A program made the translations under genes and the position numbers. This document shows positions 1-31,215 of a stretch of DNA of 64,000 nt, piece after piece (position 1 is the first letter of the stretch; the number at the start of each line of letters is the position of its first letter). The stretch covers positions 1,550,001 to 1,614,000 of the forward strand of contig CAVNZM010000006.1 of NCBI GenBank assembly GCA_963693365.1. The letters are read 5' to 3'. The stretch is from Amoebidium appalachense. Its lineage: Eukaryota; Protista; Ichthyosporea. Below the pieces are notes generated by a model. It saw only the letters and a list, made by a program, of their open reading frames with translations, did not search any database and was not told where the DNA came from.

Positions 1-85
1 GTATGTATCCCCCCTTTCCCCCCTCCCCCTCCCCTCTCCCCCCCCCCTTCCCCTCCCGGGCCTACCCCCCCCCCCCCCCCCCCCC

Positions 86-190
<105 letters not shown>

Positions 191-616
191 CCTAGGCACT
201 TGACAAAAAGGACCATCTTCTTTCATCTCTTGCCAACTCTTTTTGCATCTTTTTCGTCTCTGCCGATGATGTTGCTCGGGAAGAATAAAATCATGAGAAT
301 GTTCTTCCTCCCTATCCCCCCCCCCCCCCCCCCCCCCCCCGCCGCCACCACACACACACCACACACACACACATACACACACACACAACTTTGCCCTTCC
401 TCTTATGCCCCAAACCCCTCACATACACACACCCCCGTTTCAACCCCCCCCCCCCCCCCCTCTCCCGCTCCCCCCTCTCCCCTGCGAACCATCCCGTTCG
501 TTCACCCGCCCACCTGTCTCCCCAACGTGTCCCACTCCTTCCTCAGCATTTGCTCACACATTTTCAAAAACACGACGACCTTCATCATTCTCGTACTAAC
601 ACGCATGTTCTTTTAG

Positions 617-959
617 GTGCCTGCTTGACATGGCCAGTTGCAAATCGGGGGGGTCCATCACACTCGTTTCCACCGGGCCTTGCATTGAACCCAGCCAAAT
701 TACGTCAAAAAACCCCGCCAAGAGGGTTATACCCGTCACTGCGTCGGCACCCAAACTTGTTTTGTGCAACGCCGCAGCAGATTGCAGCAAGCGGATTGGT
801 GGAAAAGCCAACCAATGGGTGTGCGACACGAGGAGAAAATGCGGTTACACTGGGTGCACTGTGGATGGGCACTATAGTTTAAAGTGTCAGAGTGTGTGCC
901 GGGCAAAAAGAAGCATCAAGAACGTCAATGTGGGATATTGTCGTAAGGTCACTGCGTGA
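617..959 (+). CDS. Terminal exon of a Kazal-type protease-inhibitor-domain, Cys-rich protein (upstream exons outside the window)
   Basis: Branch point TACTAAC at 594-600 and acceptor TTTTAG ending at 616. The exon reads CLLDMASCKSGGSITLVSTGPC, matching the C-terminal half of a Kazal domain (CxLxxaxC...I.....GxC), then an 8-Cys tail and TGA at 957-959. The window begins with a donor-like GTATGT. Confidence 0.7.
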
Positions 960-1458
960 ATAATATGTGAAATATGATAATGTATTTGATTGCTGATGAC
1001 GAGTTATGAGGAGTGAAATGGTGTTGATTTGTATACATACCAGCGGTGGTTGTGTGGGTTTGATATATTTGTGAATGTGATTGTAGGATTAATGATAGAT
1101 GTTTTCAATGATGAAATGCCTAAACTGGCGTGGAAAGGTGTAGACACCAAACCGCACCGAGGTGTTGTTTAATGTACGAATATTGAATACCACGGCCTAT
1201 TGTATAGCCCTCCATGTATATAATTGTGAAGTCTTTTGTAAATAGCTGGATTCTGTATATATCTGAAGTAGACTAATGCTAATGTGTTCTGTTATGATTC
1301 ATGGGCTTGCTCGGCAACCCGAAGATAAATACAATAAGCCGGCACCGGCAGTCACTTTGATATTACACAGATGCCTCCCTCGCCCCCCTCCCCCCCCCCC
1401 CTCCCCCCTCTCCCCCTCCCTTCCCCCTTCCTTCTCCGTCCTCCTTTCCTCTCCATCT

Positions 1459-1516
<58 letters not shown>

Positions 1517-3299
1517 TCCCCCCCCTCCCCCCTCCCCCCCCCCAAACCGGGGCACCGCCGTACTTCAATTCTCGCTTCTGCCCCTCTAGATCTCTTCCCT
1601 CGACCCCCCCTCCCTCCCTTCCCTTCCCCTGCCCTCCCCCCCCCCCCCCCCTCCCCCCCCCCCCCCTCTCCCCCCCTCCACACACACACACACACACACA
1701 CACACACCACTGTCTACGACAGAGTTTGACGTAACCTAACATGCAATACAAAAGCCCCACTTCACCTTCTATTTTTAACCCCTATTAGGTAAAGTAACCT
1801 AACACAACTTTTAATCCCTCTCACGATCATCAGTTCCGCTTCGAATCCATCATTTTTTCCACCTGTCAGCTACAAACCCATGATCCCAACCTGCATGCAC
1901 CCAATGCAAGTCACTTGCCGGCGCCAACTCCATTCCGACTGGTTTCCTTGCTTTGCAACTCCAAGCTAATCCCCCCCTCCTCCCCCCCGCTTTCACTCTT
2001 CTGGCTGACTCCCCTCCTCCCCTCCGCCTCCCCTCCCCCTCTCCCCCGGCTCTTCAGCCTCTCCCGGCTGACTCCCCCCCCCCCCCCGTCCCCTCCCCCC
2101 CCCCCCCCGTGGGGCACGGCGTCCCCTCTTGAGACTCTGGGTCTCTTCCCCTCCTTTCAGATCTTTACAAACATAGTATTACACCCACACCCACACAGTG
2201 TCACACACCACAAACACACACCACACACACACACATGCACACACATACACACCACACACAGGCACACACAGGCACATGCACACACCACACACTCACACAC
2301 ACACACATCTACTGCAGTGACCGTCACATGCACCGAACTGATGGTGTAACTTCAGTAACTTGGCACAGCGCCTCCCAAACACACCTAGGCATCCTCCAAG
2401 TGACTTTTAGCACGTGCAGAAAGAACAGGACACAAACTCTGGGATATCTTTGAGTATGGAAAGTCACTTGTGAGGAGGGTGGCTTGTAGGGATGGTGGCG
2501 TTGGGTAGTGTGTGTGTCTGCTTGTGTGTGTGTTGGGTTGGGGGGGGGGGGGGGGGGGGAGAGAGGGGCAGCGAGGAATAGCAGCGCGGCTACTTTATTC
2601 AGTGAACCCAGTCCACCTTCTCTTAACAAGTGCTTAACTGGTTGCATCATGTATCAATAAACGGCCTTTACCCCCCCCTCCCCCCCTTCCCCCCCCCCCC
2701 CACCCCACCAAAACACCATTTTGGGATTAGATAAGCCCCGTTGTCTGTCATATATATACAGTCGTTACATGTGTGCAAAAAAAAACTGGATTCATACACG
2801 CCACCCACTTCGTTTAATTTACTCGGCGTAATGCCACGTTGAACATACACAATCGAGGGGAGTAATGATTATCTGATACGAGTTGATTATAGTCAAATCT
2901 GCGGGCACGCACGCACTACTCAGGGCGAACACAGAGGTTAAACATTCGCGTACCATATTGGTCATTCACAATAAAAAAAAGCCGAAAGATATACAAGCAC
3001 AAAAAAAAGGGTCATAAAAATACATAAGTACAATCAACAGACTGAGATAAAAAAACCACCTTCTCAATAGAAATCGTAGCCACATTAGCAATCCATTCAA
3101 TTTTCAAGCCAACCTTGTTCGAACGCGGCAACAAAGGTAACATGCAAAAATACAGGTAAGCAGGCGTTAAATATAAATAGCCCACCAGCTCTAGGGCTCC
3201 GACCAATGCCGGTCTCACCCCTCCTCATCTCGATCGCTTTAGGTGCATAACTCCGCACAGAGTTCCCCCTTCTCTCCCAATGCCCACGGGGGTAGGGTT

Positions 3300-16016
<12,717 letters not shown>

Positions 16017-17228
16017 TTGGTTGGGTCAGAGCACCATGCTCCTTATACCCCCACCTGGGAAAACAACAACACAGTCAGTAGGGAAGAGGCGGTAAGGCAC
16101 ATATATGTTGGGTGTTTGTACTAGGTGTGGCTAAGTGTGCAAAAGCAAAATGACCATGGAGAATAATGGGAATAGAACAGCGAGACAATGTGTAGGGAGA
16201 AAGGAGGCATATGGGAGAACGATCCAGAAGGATCACAAGAAAGTCGTTGAGGCAAAAAGGTGCAGCAATCTCATGTTTTGCTTCGAGGGGAACGAGGGGA
16301 AAGGCAATGCGGGGGAGTGGAAAGAAGGAGAGAGAGGCCCGGGAGGCGGGGCCTAACGCGAGACGGAAGAGAAAGACGGGGGGGGAGGGGGGGGAGAGGG
16401 AGGGAGGGAGAGGGGGGGGGGGGGGGAGGGGGGGGGGGGGGGGGGGGAGGAACAGATAGGTAAGAGGGAGAGAGAGAGAAGGATTGTTAGCAGAGGCAAC
16501 AGTCGGGACGGAAAGGGGAGGGCAGGAGGGGAGAGGGGGGGAGGGGGCGAGACGGGAAGGGGAGGGCAGGCGGGGGGAAGGGGGGGGGGGGGGGGGGGAG
16601 GAGGGGACCGGGCAGCAGAAAAAGAATTATGCAATGTATGTTTAATAGGGGCAGGTTAGGGAAGGAGAGGGGGAGAGGGGGGGGTTGGGCTTGGAGGGTT
16701 TTGGGAAAGGGGGAGAGGGAGGGAAGGGCGGAGTGAAGAGGTGGAAATGAGTAAATCTGGCAAAGGGGACAGAAGTGCATGGACAGCACCTAGGGTCAAG
16801 CGGGTACATAGTAAGCACAAAGAGAGACAGGCAAGAAGGGGGAGGGGGGGACGGGGGGGGGGGGGGGGGGGGAGAAGGGGAAACGGAAGCGAGAGAGAGG
16901 GCGGAGTGGGGGGGGGGGGGGGGGGAGGGGGAGGGGGGGGGGGGGGGGGGGAGGATGAAGGGGGGACCAAGAGGGAGGAAGCCAGCAGGAGAAAACAGCG
17001 AAGGAGGCCGTCAAGAGACACGTGGGGCTGAACAACTCTTAAACTTTGTTTAAGCACGAACAAACTATGCGTGGATACAAACTTTTGCCCTTGTGCATTT
17101 TGTGGATACCCAAGCAAAGGTGTATGTAAACGGTCACTGCTATGATTGTAGCGCCAATCCGTGTTCGTGTGGGCGACATTAAGTGCTGGTGTGCATGTGT
17201 CTGTGCCTGTGCCTGTGTGTGTGTGTGT

Positions 17229-17259
<31 letters not shown>

Positions 17260-18081
17260 CCTGTGTGTGTGTGTGTGTGTGTGTGCATGCACGTGTGTGT
17301 GCGCGCTTGTGCGTGTGCGTTATGTGTGTGTGTGCGCGTGCGTGCCCGCGCGCGCGCGTGTGTGTGCGTGTGTTCGTCTGTGTGTGCGTAGTACATTTGT
17401 GTCTTTGTATGTCTACTATTTACATGCCTTTGGCATATTGGCAGGAAAATCACGCATACACGTGCGTCTGGTGTAAATGCCTGCGTGCTTGCCTCTGGTA
17501 GCTCGTGTGAATGGCGCACGCATGCCTGCATGAATGTGTTTGTGTATGCTCGTTTGTGTGTGCGTGTCATTTGCACAGGAGCTTCTTTGTGTGTGCGTGT
17601 GAAAGTGTGTGGCGGTATGGGTTCGGGGGGTGGGAGCCGGACGTGGAAGGGGATATGCGTATGTGCCCAAGCATGCTCACAACTGCCTGTGCGTGTGCGC
17701 GTGCGTGCGTGGGTAGACGTGTGAGTGTGTAAGCATGTGCGTGCAAGCAAGTGTGGAGTATGCTTCTACGGTTAGCAGTTAGTGTGCTTGAAGGTCGGGA
17801 GGGACGGGGGGAAGACGAAGGGGAAGGAGAGGGGGAGGTGGAGGGGGTGAAGGGGGGGGGGGGGGGGGGGGGGGGGGGGAGGGAGAGTAGTGGCATTGGG
17901 AGTCAAAGAAGTTCTTGTGGGTGTGATAAATGTTAGATCAATGCCACAATCACTCTCTTTGCTTGAAAAGCGTCGAAACATGCAGGAGAAGAGCTTGGTT
18001 GCAAGCAAACAGACAGGGAACCTTATAGATTTTTATCAGGAGGCAGGCAAGGAAACAGAACCCGAACTCAGGGCTACATAC

Positions 18082-18360
18082 CACGAAAATACCTCTTGGC
18101 AAGCGCAGAGTTGAAGAGCCGGGGGGATTGGTTTGTGCACCTGTCAACACCAAAATTAACCAGTGGTCGGTGCACACCTCTCTGAAACACTTTCAACAAG
18201 CGTAAACCGTGGCTTTGGATTCGTAGTTGTAGTATGTTCTTAGCAAATGTTCAGCTTTCACGCAAACTGCTTCGAATTCGAATTCACAAAAAGGACCGGA
18301 ACCGGCACAACGAAAATCGCTCGCCCGCGACGCCCTGACCTAATCCTGTAGCACCAATCA
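18082..18360 (-). promoter_or_regulatory. Probable PI4KB non-coding first exon and promoter
   Basis: Minus-strand donor GTATGT at 18081. A matching acceptor TTTCCCAG at about 16055 has branch TACTGAC. A CCAATCA box lies near 18354 in microsatellite-free sequence. Confidence 0.4.
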
Positions 18361-19439
18361 AAAAGCAGAATATAACGGCAAAGATCGATAAAAAGGTCCC
18401 ACTACAAACTTATAAAAATGAATGCTAAGTATTCGTTACGATTTTAACTGACTCTTGTAAGCTACAAGAGCTTTCAGGTCATGCAGCTAAAATGTAGGTG
18501 TTAAACAGCTCTGTATTGTGACCCAATCATAACGCGCTGAATAATTCCAATAAGATCCTCCCCCCCCTCCCCCCCTGGCACCACAGGCAGGTAGCTCCAC
18601 AGCGGACACGTGTGCGGGCGCCCTCCCGACCTCGAAGTATACTTTTTATGACTCCTGAACAAGGCATCCTCATCTTCCCTCTTCATGCCCCACTAATGAA
18701 TTACGCTATTAATAATTTAGCATCTGGAGCGGAACATGCATGCTGATGGATCCAATGGTTAATTGGGGTGCTGCAATTGCCAACATTGAATCCTAAGGCA
18801 AAGTGAGGCAAATGTGAGGCGCTGTCTGGCACATCCTGTTTTGCCTTTAGAGCTTCTGGTCTGTTAGCAAAGGTCTGGAGTAAGAGCTTTATTATATGCT
18901 GATCCTATTGCCATGGGTGCCAGCCCGCGGGTCTTCTTCCGCAAGTACATACATATATATGTAGTTGCCACTTGCCACCTCATAATTAAGCGTCGACCAC
19001 AGCACCAACATGAACCCCATGTGCAAATCAACCCTCAACATGACACATTAATCTTGCGTGCTATCTTGCTTGCATGTAGAACCACACATGGCCAGTCATT
19101 AGGCATTAGCACCGGAGAGTCAGGCAGGATATATGCAAGCGGATGTGATGGCGCAATAGTGGCTTGTGTTGCCATATAAGGAAAGCATGGCGCCACTATT
19201 CGACATCTACCACCAAAATGGGTCCACAGGCGCTTTATGTCCTCTTCCCGAACCTGCTGTATGGGGATGGAGTGTGTTAGGAAGTGCTTGTATTACAGAA
19301 CCCCAGGGATGCATAAGTAGACAAGTCAAGGGTACCAGTGACCTGTGATAGATATGCATCGGAGCTATATAGTAACTAGTTGGCAAAATGCATCGGCAAT
19401 AGACGCATGAAGATATCTGTTGCCGAGAACAGTTGCTTC

Positions 19440-25953
<6,514 letters not shown>

Positions 25954-27094
25954 TCTCGAAAATGTTATGCGTGTGCTGGTAGTGGTGCATGGTTTACGGT
26001 GAAAATGGTTGGTTAGCTGAAAGGTGCACACCTCGTACGTGCATGCCAGTGAACTTTGCTATGTAATACGGTGACACCGCACAGTGACGGTGTGGCACCT
26101 TCCGTACACCCTGACTCGAGTGATCATGGCGCGGGATTAGCTGGCAGGATGGGCTTAGAAGCCATGGACGCTGCTCAGTTCGAAGCAGTCACTTCGAACA
26201 CTTGGCAAGTTGCGAGCACCACAACAGGCGATCTGTGGAGAAGTGGACATCTTGGTCACCGTGACTCCAAAAAATTGAAACAAAACCAATTTCCAGGATT
26301 GCGTTTTTCTGGCGACTTCAAAGCCGCGTTCAATAAACTGATTAAAAAGTATTTTATTGTTTCTAATGTGTATATAAACGCCTATAATATACATAATCAA
26401 CAGTTGCTCTATATTATCTGCTTTTTGAGTATGTTTCTAACTGTTTTTTGATTTATGAGGTGGAGAAGTTTGTGTCTTTCAGGTAACGCCCCATCAGGAT
26501 GCTATCCCAAGCACCAATCAGCTTTACACAGTTATAAGGGTTATGATTGGCTAAATCTGCACCTCACTTCCTATTTGATAGTTTTGAAGCCAATCAATCA
26601 ACTCTAATCGTAGAATCCTGGATTCCTGATTTTCTGACTTGAAGCACCTGCAGATTCACCAGTGCATTACAAACCCTTGTACACTGATAGCTAACAATAT
26701 CATAATACTTTCTTTTGAATACCTCGAATATTGTTTGCTGTTTGTACATTATCTACTTTTTAGAGCTTTCCCAACTACATATTGAAATTTGTTGTCATCT
26801 TCCGAAATATCCAGCCGCAGGGTTGCAACGTGGTCATGCTGTTCGGCGATGAGAATTGCTCATCCCGTACGCCGTAGCTGGAATAATATAGCTGCTGGAT
26901 CGGGCCTGTGCCCTCCAATATACATTTAAGATCTATGTGATGTCTAATAACAAAGCTATCTACGTAATTGTAGTTATAATACTTAACGTGTAAGTTGCTG
27001 TTGTAATTATTCCCCGGCTGGCCATCCGCAGAATTAGGTTCCACTCTGCCCAGCACACCTCAAACATTCCTACAGGGTTTGATATCATGACCTT

Positions 27095-27175
27095 TCCATT
27101 GATTGGCTGGCCCATCTTGTATGACGTAAAAGGCGCTGATTGGCTCTACGGATGAGCCACAGGAAGTATAAAAAC
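27095..27175 (+). promoter_or_regulatory. TATA/CCAAT promoter of the mucin-like gene
   Basis: Two inverted CCAAT boxes (GATTGGCT at about 27100 and 27138), a CRE-like TGACGTAA at 27122, and TATAAAAA at 27167-27174, about 120 nt upstream of ATG 27290. Confidence 0.6.
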
Positions 27176-27289
27176 CAGGAAAGGGCCATTTTTTGTCACT
27201 CGCTCCGTGCAGAGTGTATCTAAAACACATTATCACGTGACCCACCCAGCACTCAGATAGTGGAAGAAGTGCTAGGGAAAACAACCATC

Positions 27290-29806
27290 ATGAAGCTTGC
27301 CACAGTTGTTGCGGCCCTGGCTGTAGTTGGCGCCGGGCCTACTTTTGCAGTACCACTGAATTCGAAGCAGAATAGTGTGGGGAATAGCCAGGTACAAAGG
27401 CTTTACAACAGTGTGTTGTCTGTGTTCCGGAGCCGTCGTGAGGCAACCGAAGAACCGGCAGCCACACAGGCCCCCGTAGTGACCACGGTGTATATCACAA
27501 CCACAACCACGCACACGGTCACGCACACTGCCATTGCTGAGGTTGTTGACTGTCCCGAAAGCAATGATGATTGTGACTGCCCTGAGCCCGATGCACCTGC
27601 AGCTGAGACCGTGACCGTCACCCACACGGCCGCAGCTGTAACTGTCACCCAAACTGCTGCGTGCACTTCCGCAGAGGTCCCTAACACTACGCACCAGCCG
27701 CCGGTGGAAACCACTCCGCCTACTTCAAGCTCAGCGCAGGAGGAGCCGAGCACAGCGGTTGTCGAACCACCCAAATCCACGTCCCCACCTGAGGACCATT
27801 CTACTACCGTGGTTGAGCCCCCTAAATCCACCGCACCTGCCGAGGAACCTGCTACCTCCAGTGTGGAGCCTCCTAAGTCGACTGCCCCAGTGGAGGAGCC
27901 CTCATCATCTGCGGTTGAACCGCCCAAATCAACGGCACCTGCAGAGGAACCCTCTACCGCTGTTGTCGAGCCCCCCAAGTCCACTGTCCCTGCGGAAGAG
28001 CACACACCCACCTCAGCCCCGGTGGAGCCCCCAGCGTCAACGGCCCCAGCAGAGGTGCCGTCTTCATCCGCTGTTGAACCGCCTAAGTCCACTGCGCCTG
28101 CCGAGGACCCAGCTACCTCCAGTGTAGAGCCTCCTAAGTCAACTGCTCCGGTTGAGGAACCCTTGTCGTCTGTGGTTGAACCGCCCAAATCAACCGCCCC
28201 TGCAGAGGAACCGTCCACGGCCCCAGCTGAGGTGCCGTCTTCATCTGCTGTTGAGCCATCCAAGTCCACTGAGCCCGCAAACGAACACACCTCGTCCCCT
28301 GTTGAGCCACCACAGTCGACAGCCGAGCCTGCGGAGCCGAGCACCTCCGTTGTGGAGCCGCCCAAGTCAACCCAGCCGACAGAGGAGCCATCGACGTCAG
28401 CTGAGCCACCCAAGTCCACCTCTCCCTCTGAGGAACCAGCAACATCGGTGGAGCCGCCGAAATCCACAGTCCACGAGGAGGAGCCATCTTCCTCTGCTGT
28501 CGACCCACCCCACTCCACCGCAGTTGAGACCCCAAGCAGCAGTGTCAACCCCGATCCTCGCACGGATGTGCCTGTGCCAACTACCGACCAGGCCTCTGTC
28601 CCCGGCACGGTCTTTACAACCGTCACCACTACTGAGCGCGAGACCCAAGGACTTACATCCACAGTGGTCCATACCGCTACGGACGACGTGACGGTCACAA
28701 GCACGCACGAAGTTACGTCGACGGGTCACGTTATCACTACGGCGACGGATAACGTTGTCCATACGGTGCACGAGACGACCACGGTCAAGGAAATCACCAC
28801 CCATGTTACGACCGCGGTGGTTACAGAGGCAAGCACGGTTGTTGAGGCAATCACCACCACCCACGCTGTGGGCACACACACCGTCACCCAGCACACTTCC
28901 ATCGTTGTTCCCAGCGACACGGTCACCACAACCCACGTGGTTACGGAGACAGTGGACAAGACGCACGTTGCAACTGAAATCGAGACTACGGCTGTTACGG
29001 CCACCGAGCACAGCACCGCCGTTGCTACCACCACCGACATTGTCACCAAGACCGAGGCGGTTGATGAAACCGTCAAAGTGACAGAAACACAAACACTCGT
29101 TACCACCGACCGCTCCACCGTCATCCATACAGCCACAAATGTGGAAACACTCACTGACACAGCTACCGTTCGCGAAACCGCCGTCGAGACCAGCATGAGT
29201 ACCCACACCGTCACCCAGACCCCAACCCAGACCCACGTCACTACCATCGCCCCTACCACCACCTCCGTCCACCAGCTAACATCCACTGTTGTGCAAACCG
29301 CCAACCCCATCACCACCACCGCCACCGCCACCTCGCAGGTGGTGGTCATGCCCACCAACTATGCCGAGCTCACCCCTCCCGGTTGCATTGGTGCCAAATG
29401 TGTCGTTAACACCCAATCCCTCCGCTTCCGCAGCCAGGCCGGCACACTTATCGACCCATCCAACAAGCGAACCCTCATCATGAACGTAACCACCACCGAG
29501 CCGCGGCGCCTCAAGATCTACTGGGTGTCTCCGTTCAACGCGCGCATCACACTTCAGAAGGTGAAGTTCGGCACCCAGATGACCCTCAGCTCAGGCTCCA
29601 CCCTCATTCCCGCCATGGACCCCGAGGAGGATTTCCGTGTTTCTACAGCGGCATATTGCGTGCCCGCAGGCACATACCAGTGGCGCTGGGAGGATGCCGG
29701 GGGTGACTTCACCTACAGCCAGAACGGCCAGTTCACTGCCTGGGTGGTTCCTGTCGAGAACTCCAAGCCCTGCACACTCTCTTCCTCTCCGGCGGGCAAC
29801 AAGTAG
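27290..29806 (+). CDS. Intronless secreted mucin-like / cell-wall glycoprotein (838 aa)
   Basis: Uninterrupted ORF. Signal peptide MKLATVVAALAVVGAGPTFA, RSRR proprotein-convertase-like site, ~17-aa VEPPKSTAPAEEPSSSA repeats, a long Thr/Val/His-rich tract and a ~150-aa globular C-terminal domain with 4 Cys. No obvious TM or GPI tail. Confidence 0.9.
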   Translation: MKLATVVAALAVVGAGPTFAVPLNSKQNSVGNSQVQRLYNSVLSVFRSRREATEEPAATQAPVVTTVYITTTTTHTVTHTAIAEVVDCPESNDDCDCPEPDAPAAETVTVTHTAAAVTVTQTAACTSAEVPNTTHQPPVETTPPTSSSAQEEPSTAVVEPPKSTSPPEDHSTTVVEPPKSTAPAEEPATSSVEPPKSTAPVEEPSSSAVEPPKSTAPAEEPSTAVVEPPKSTVPAEEHTPTSAPVEPPASTAPAEVPSSSAVEPPKSTAPAEDPATSSVEPPKSTAPVEEPLSSVVEPPKSTAPAEEPSTAPAEVPSSSAVEPSKSTEPANEHTSSPVEPPQSTAEPAEPSTSVVEPPKSTQPTEEPSTSAEPPKSTSPSEEPATSVEPPKSTVHEEEPSSSAVDPPHSTAVETPSSSVNPDPRTDVPVPTTDQASVPGTVFTTVTTTERETQGLTSTVVHTATDDVTVTSTHEVTSTGHVITTATDNVVHTVHETTTVKEITTHVTTAVVTEASTVVEAITTTHAVGTHTVTQHTSIVVPSDTVTTTHVVTETVDKTHVATEIETTAVTATEHSTAVATTTDIVTKTEAVDETVKVTETQTLVTTDRSTVIHTATNVETLTDTATVRETAVETSMSTHTVTQTPTQTHVTTIAPTTTSVHQLTSTVVQTANPITTTATATSQVVVMPTNYAELTPPGCIGAKCVVNTQSLRFRSQAGTLIDPSNKRTLIMNVTTTEPRRLKIYWVSPFNARITLQKVKFGTQMTLSSGSTLIPAMDPEEDFRVSTAAYCVPAGTYQWRWEDAGGDFTYSQNGQFTAWVVPVENSKPCTLSSSPAGNK
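27757..28530 (+). repeat. Coding tandem repeat, ~51-bp unit (VEPPKST...)
   Basis: Recurrent GTTGAGCCNCCYAARTCNAC core in frame with the mucin-like ORF. Confidence 0.85.
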
Positions 29807-30111
29807 TTTTATGTTTCAACCATCGTGGTTTTGATATAAATAGCATGATAGTAGTAGGTAGAAAACGTATTAGGGAGTGTACTTATACATCGGCGTCTGT
29901 AGGATTCTCGTTTCTTTGATATGTTCTCAGGGTGTTGTGGAAAAAACCCCTTAGCAACAGGACCTGTAGATTGTGTCTGTATGCCTTTTGAAGGCTTGTA
30001 TATTTCAATACCAGTATATCCGGGCCCAAAGTGAGCAGACCGGATGTCTCCTAAATAAAATTTTCATTGCAGAACTGCCAGAGCTCAACTTGCCAATTTT
30101 GAACTTGACAC

Positions 30112-30144
<33 letters not shown>

Positions 30145-30256
30145 ACCTGGAAATCCAACTTCTCTAATGATTCGCCCTTCTCCCTGAGGCGGTTGTTCCC
30201 TCCCCTTCTGCCCCCCTCTCCCCTCCCCCTGTAACACCCCCTGTCCCCCGAGGCCC

Positions 30257-30361
<105 letters not shown>

Positions 30362-30873
30362 GCTTTCTCCCCCCTGCCGCCCCCCCCTCGACACATACAC
30401 ACATACACACACAAACACACACCCCTCAGGCTGCGGCAGCCTACTTACTCGACCGTCTTCCCAATCCCCCCCCTCACGTACACACACATAAAGACACACG
30501 CTCCCCAAGCCCTTGCCCCCCTAATGCACCAGTACTTGGATTGCAAGCCAGACTAACATCAGCCAATTCTGGCACAAAGCAGCCCGAACCCTCGACGGAT
30601 ACACATAGAAAATATCTCAGCAGCTTGTCAACCCCCCCCCCCCCCCCCCCTCTCCCCCCGCCCCACCCCCCCCTGGTTCACCCCCCATTCTTTCCTTCCC
30701 CCCTCCCCCCCTTGCCCCTCGCCTCCCCTCCCCCTCCCACCTCCCTCATACTTTCCTTCTTCCGTTTACTAACTTAAAATTCTGCCTCCGTGCAAGCACT
30801 TGTTAACCTATTGCCGTGTTCCTCAGTAAACCTCCTCACCTCCGGGACCCGGAGATTGCCAAGTATTTAGCCC

Positions 30874-30919
<46 letters not shown>

Positions 30920-31179
30920 CACCATCACCACCACCACCACCACCCCACCCTTTTTGAGGTACTCCCATCCTTCCCTCCTCTCCCCTTCCCCCCCCCCCCC
31001 CCCCCCCCCCTTCCCCACCCCTCTCTACTTCGCACGCGCCCCTCCCCCCCCCCCCCCCCCCCTGCTCCTCTTCCGTGCAATTATCCCATGCCACCCACCC
31101 TCTCACCTGTAACGTTAACAGTCCAAAAAAAGCAAATAGGTTTCGGACTTTCTTAATGACTTTTTCGTGCCCCATACAC

Positions 31180-31215
<36 letters not shown>

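Noticed and set aside
196-288. Candidate exon after CCTAG
   Set aside because: There is no convincing donor or homology, and it probably lies inside the intron preceding the Kazal exon.
18452-18470. Short hairpin CTCTTGTA-AGC-TACAAGAG
   Set aside because: An 8-bp stem is plausible by chance and there is no supporting context.
27403-29358. Long antisense ORFs (433, 291 and 210 aa) opposite the mucin-like gene
   Set aside because: They are an expected by-product of repetitive Thr/Pro/Val/Ser codons lacking reverse-strand stops.
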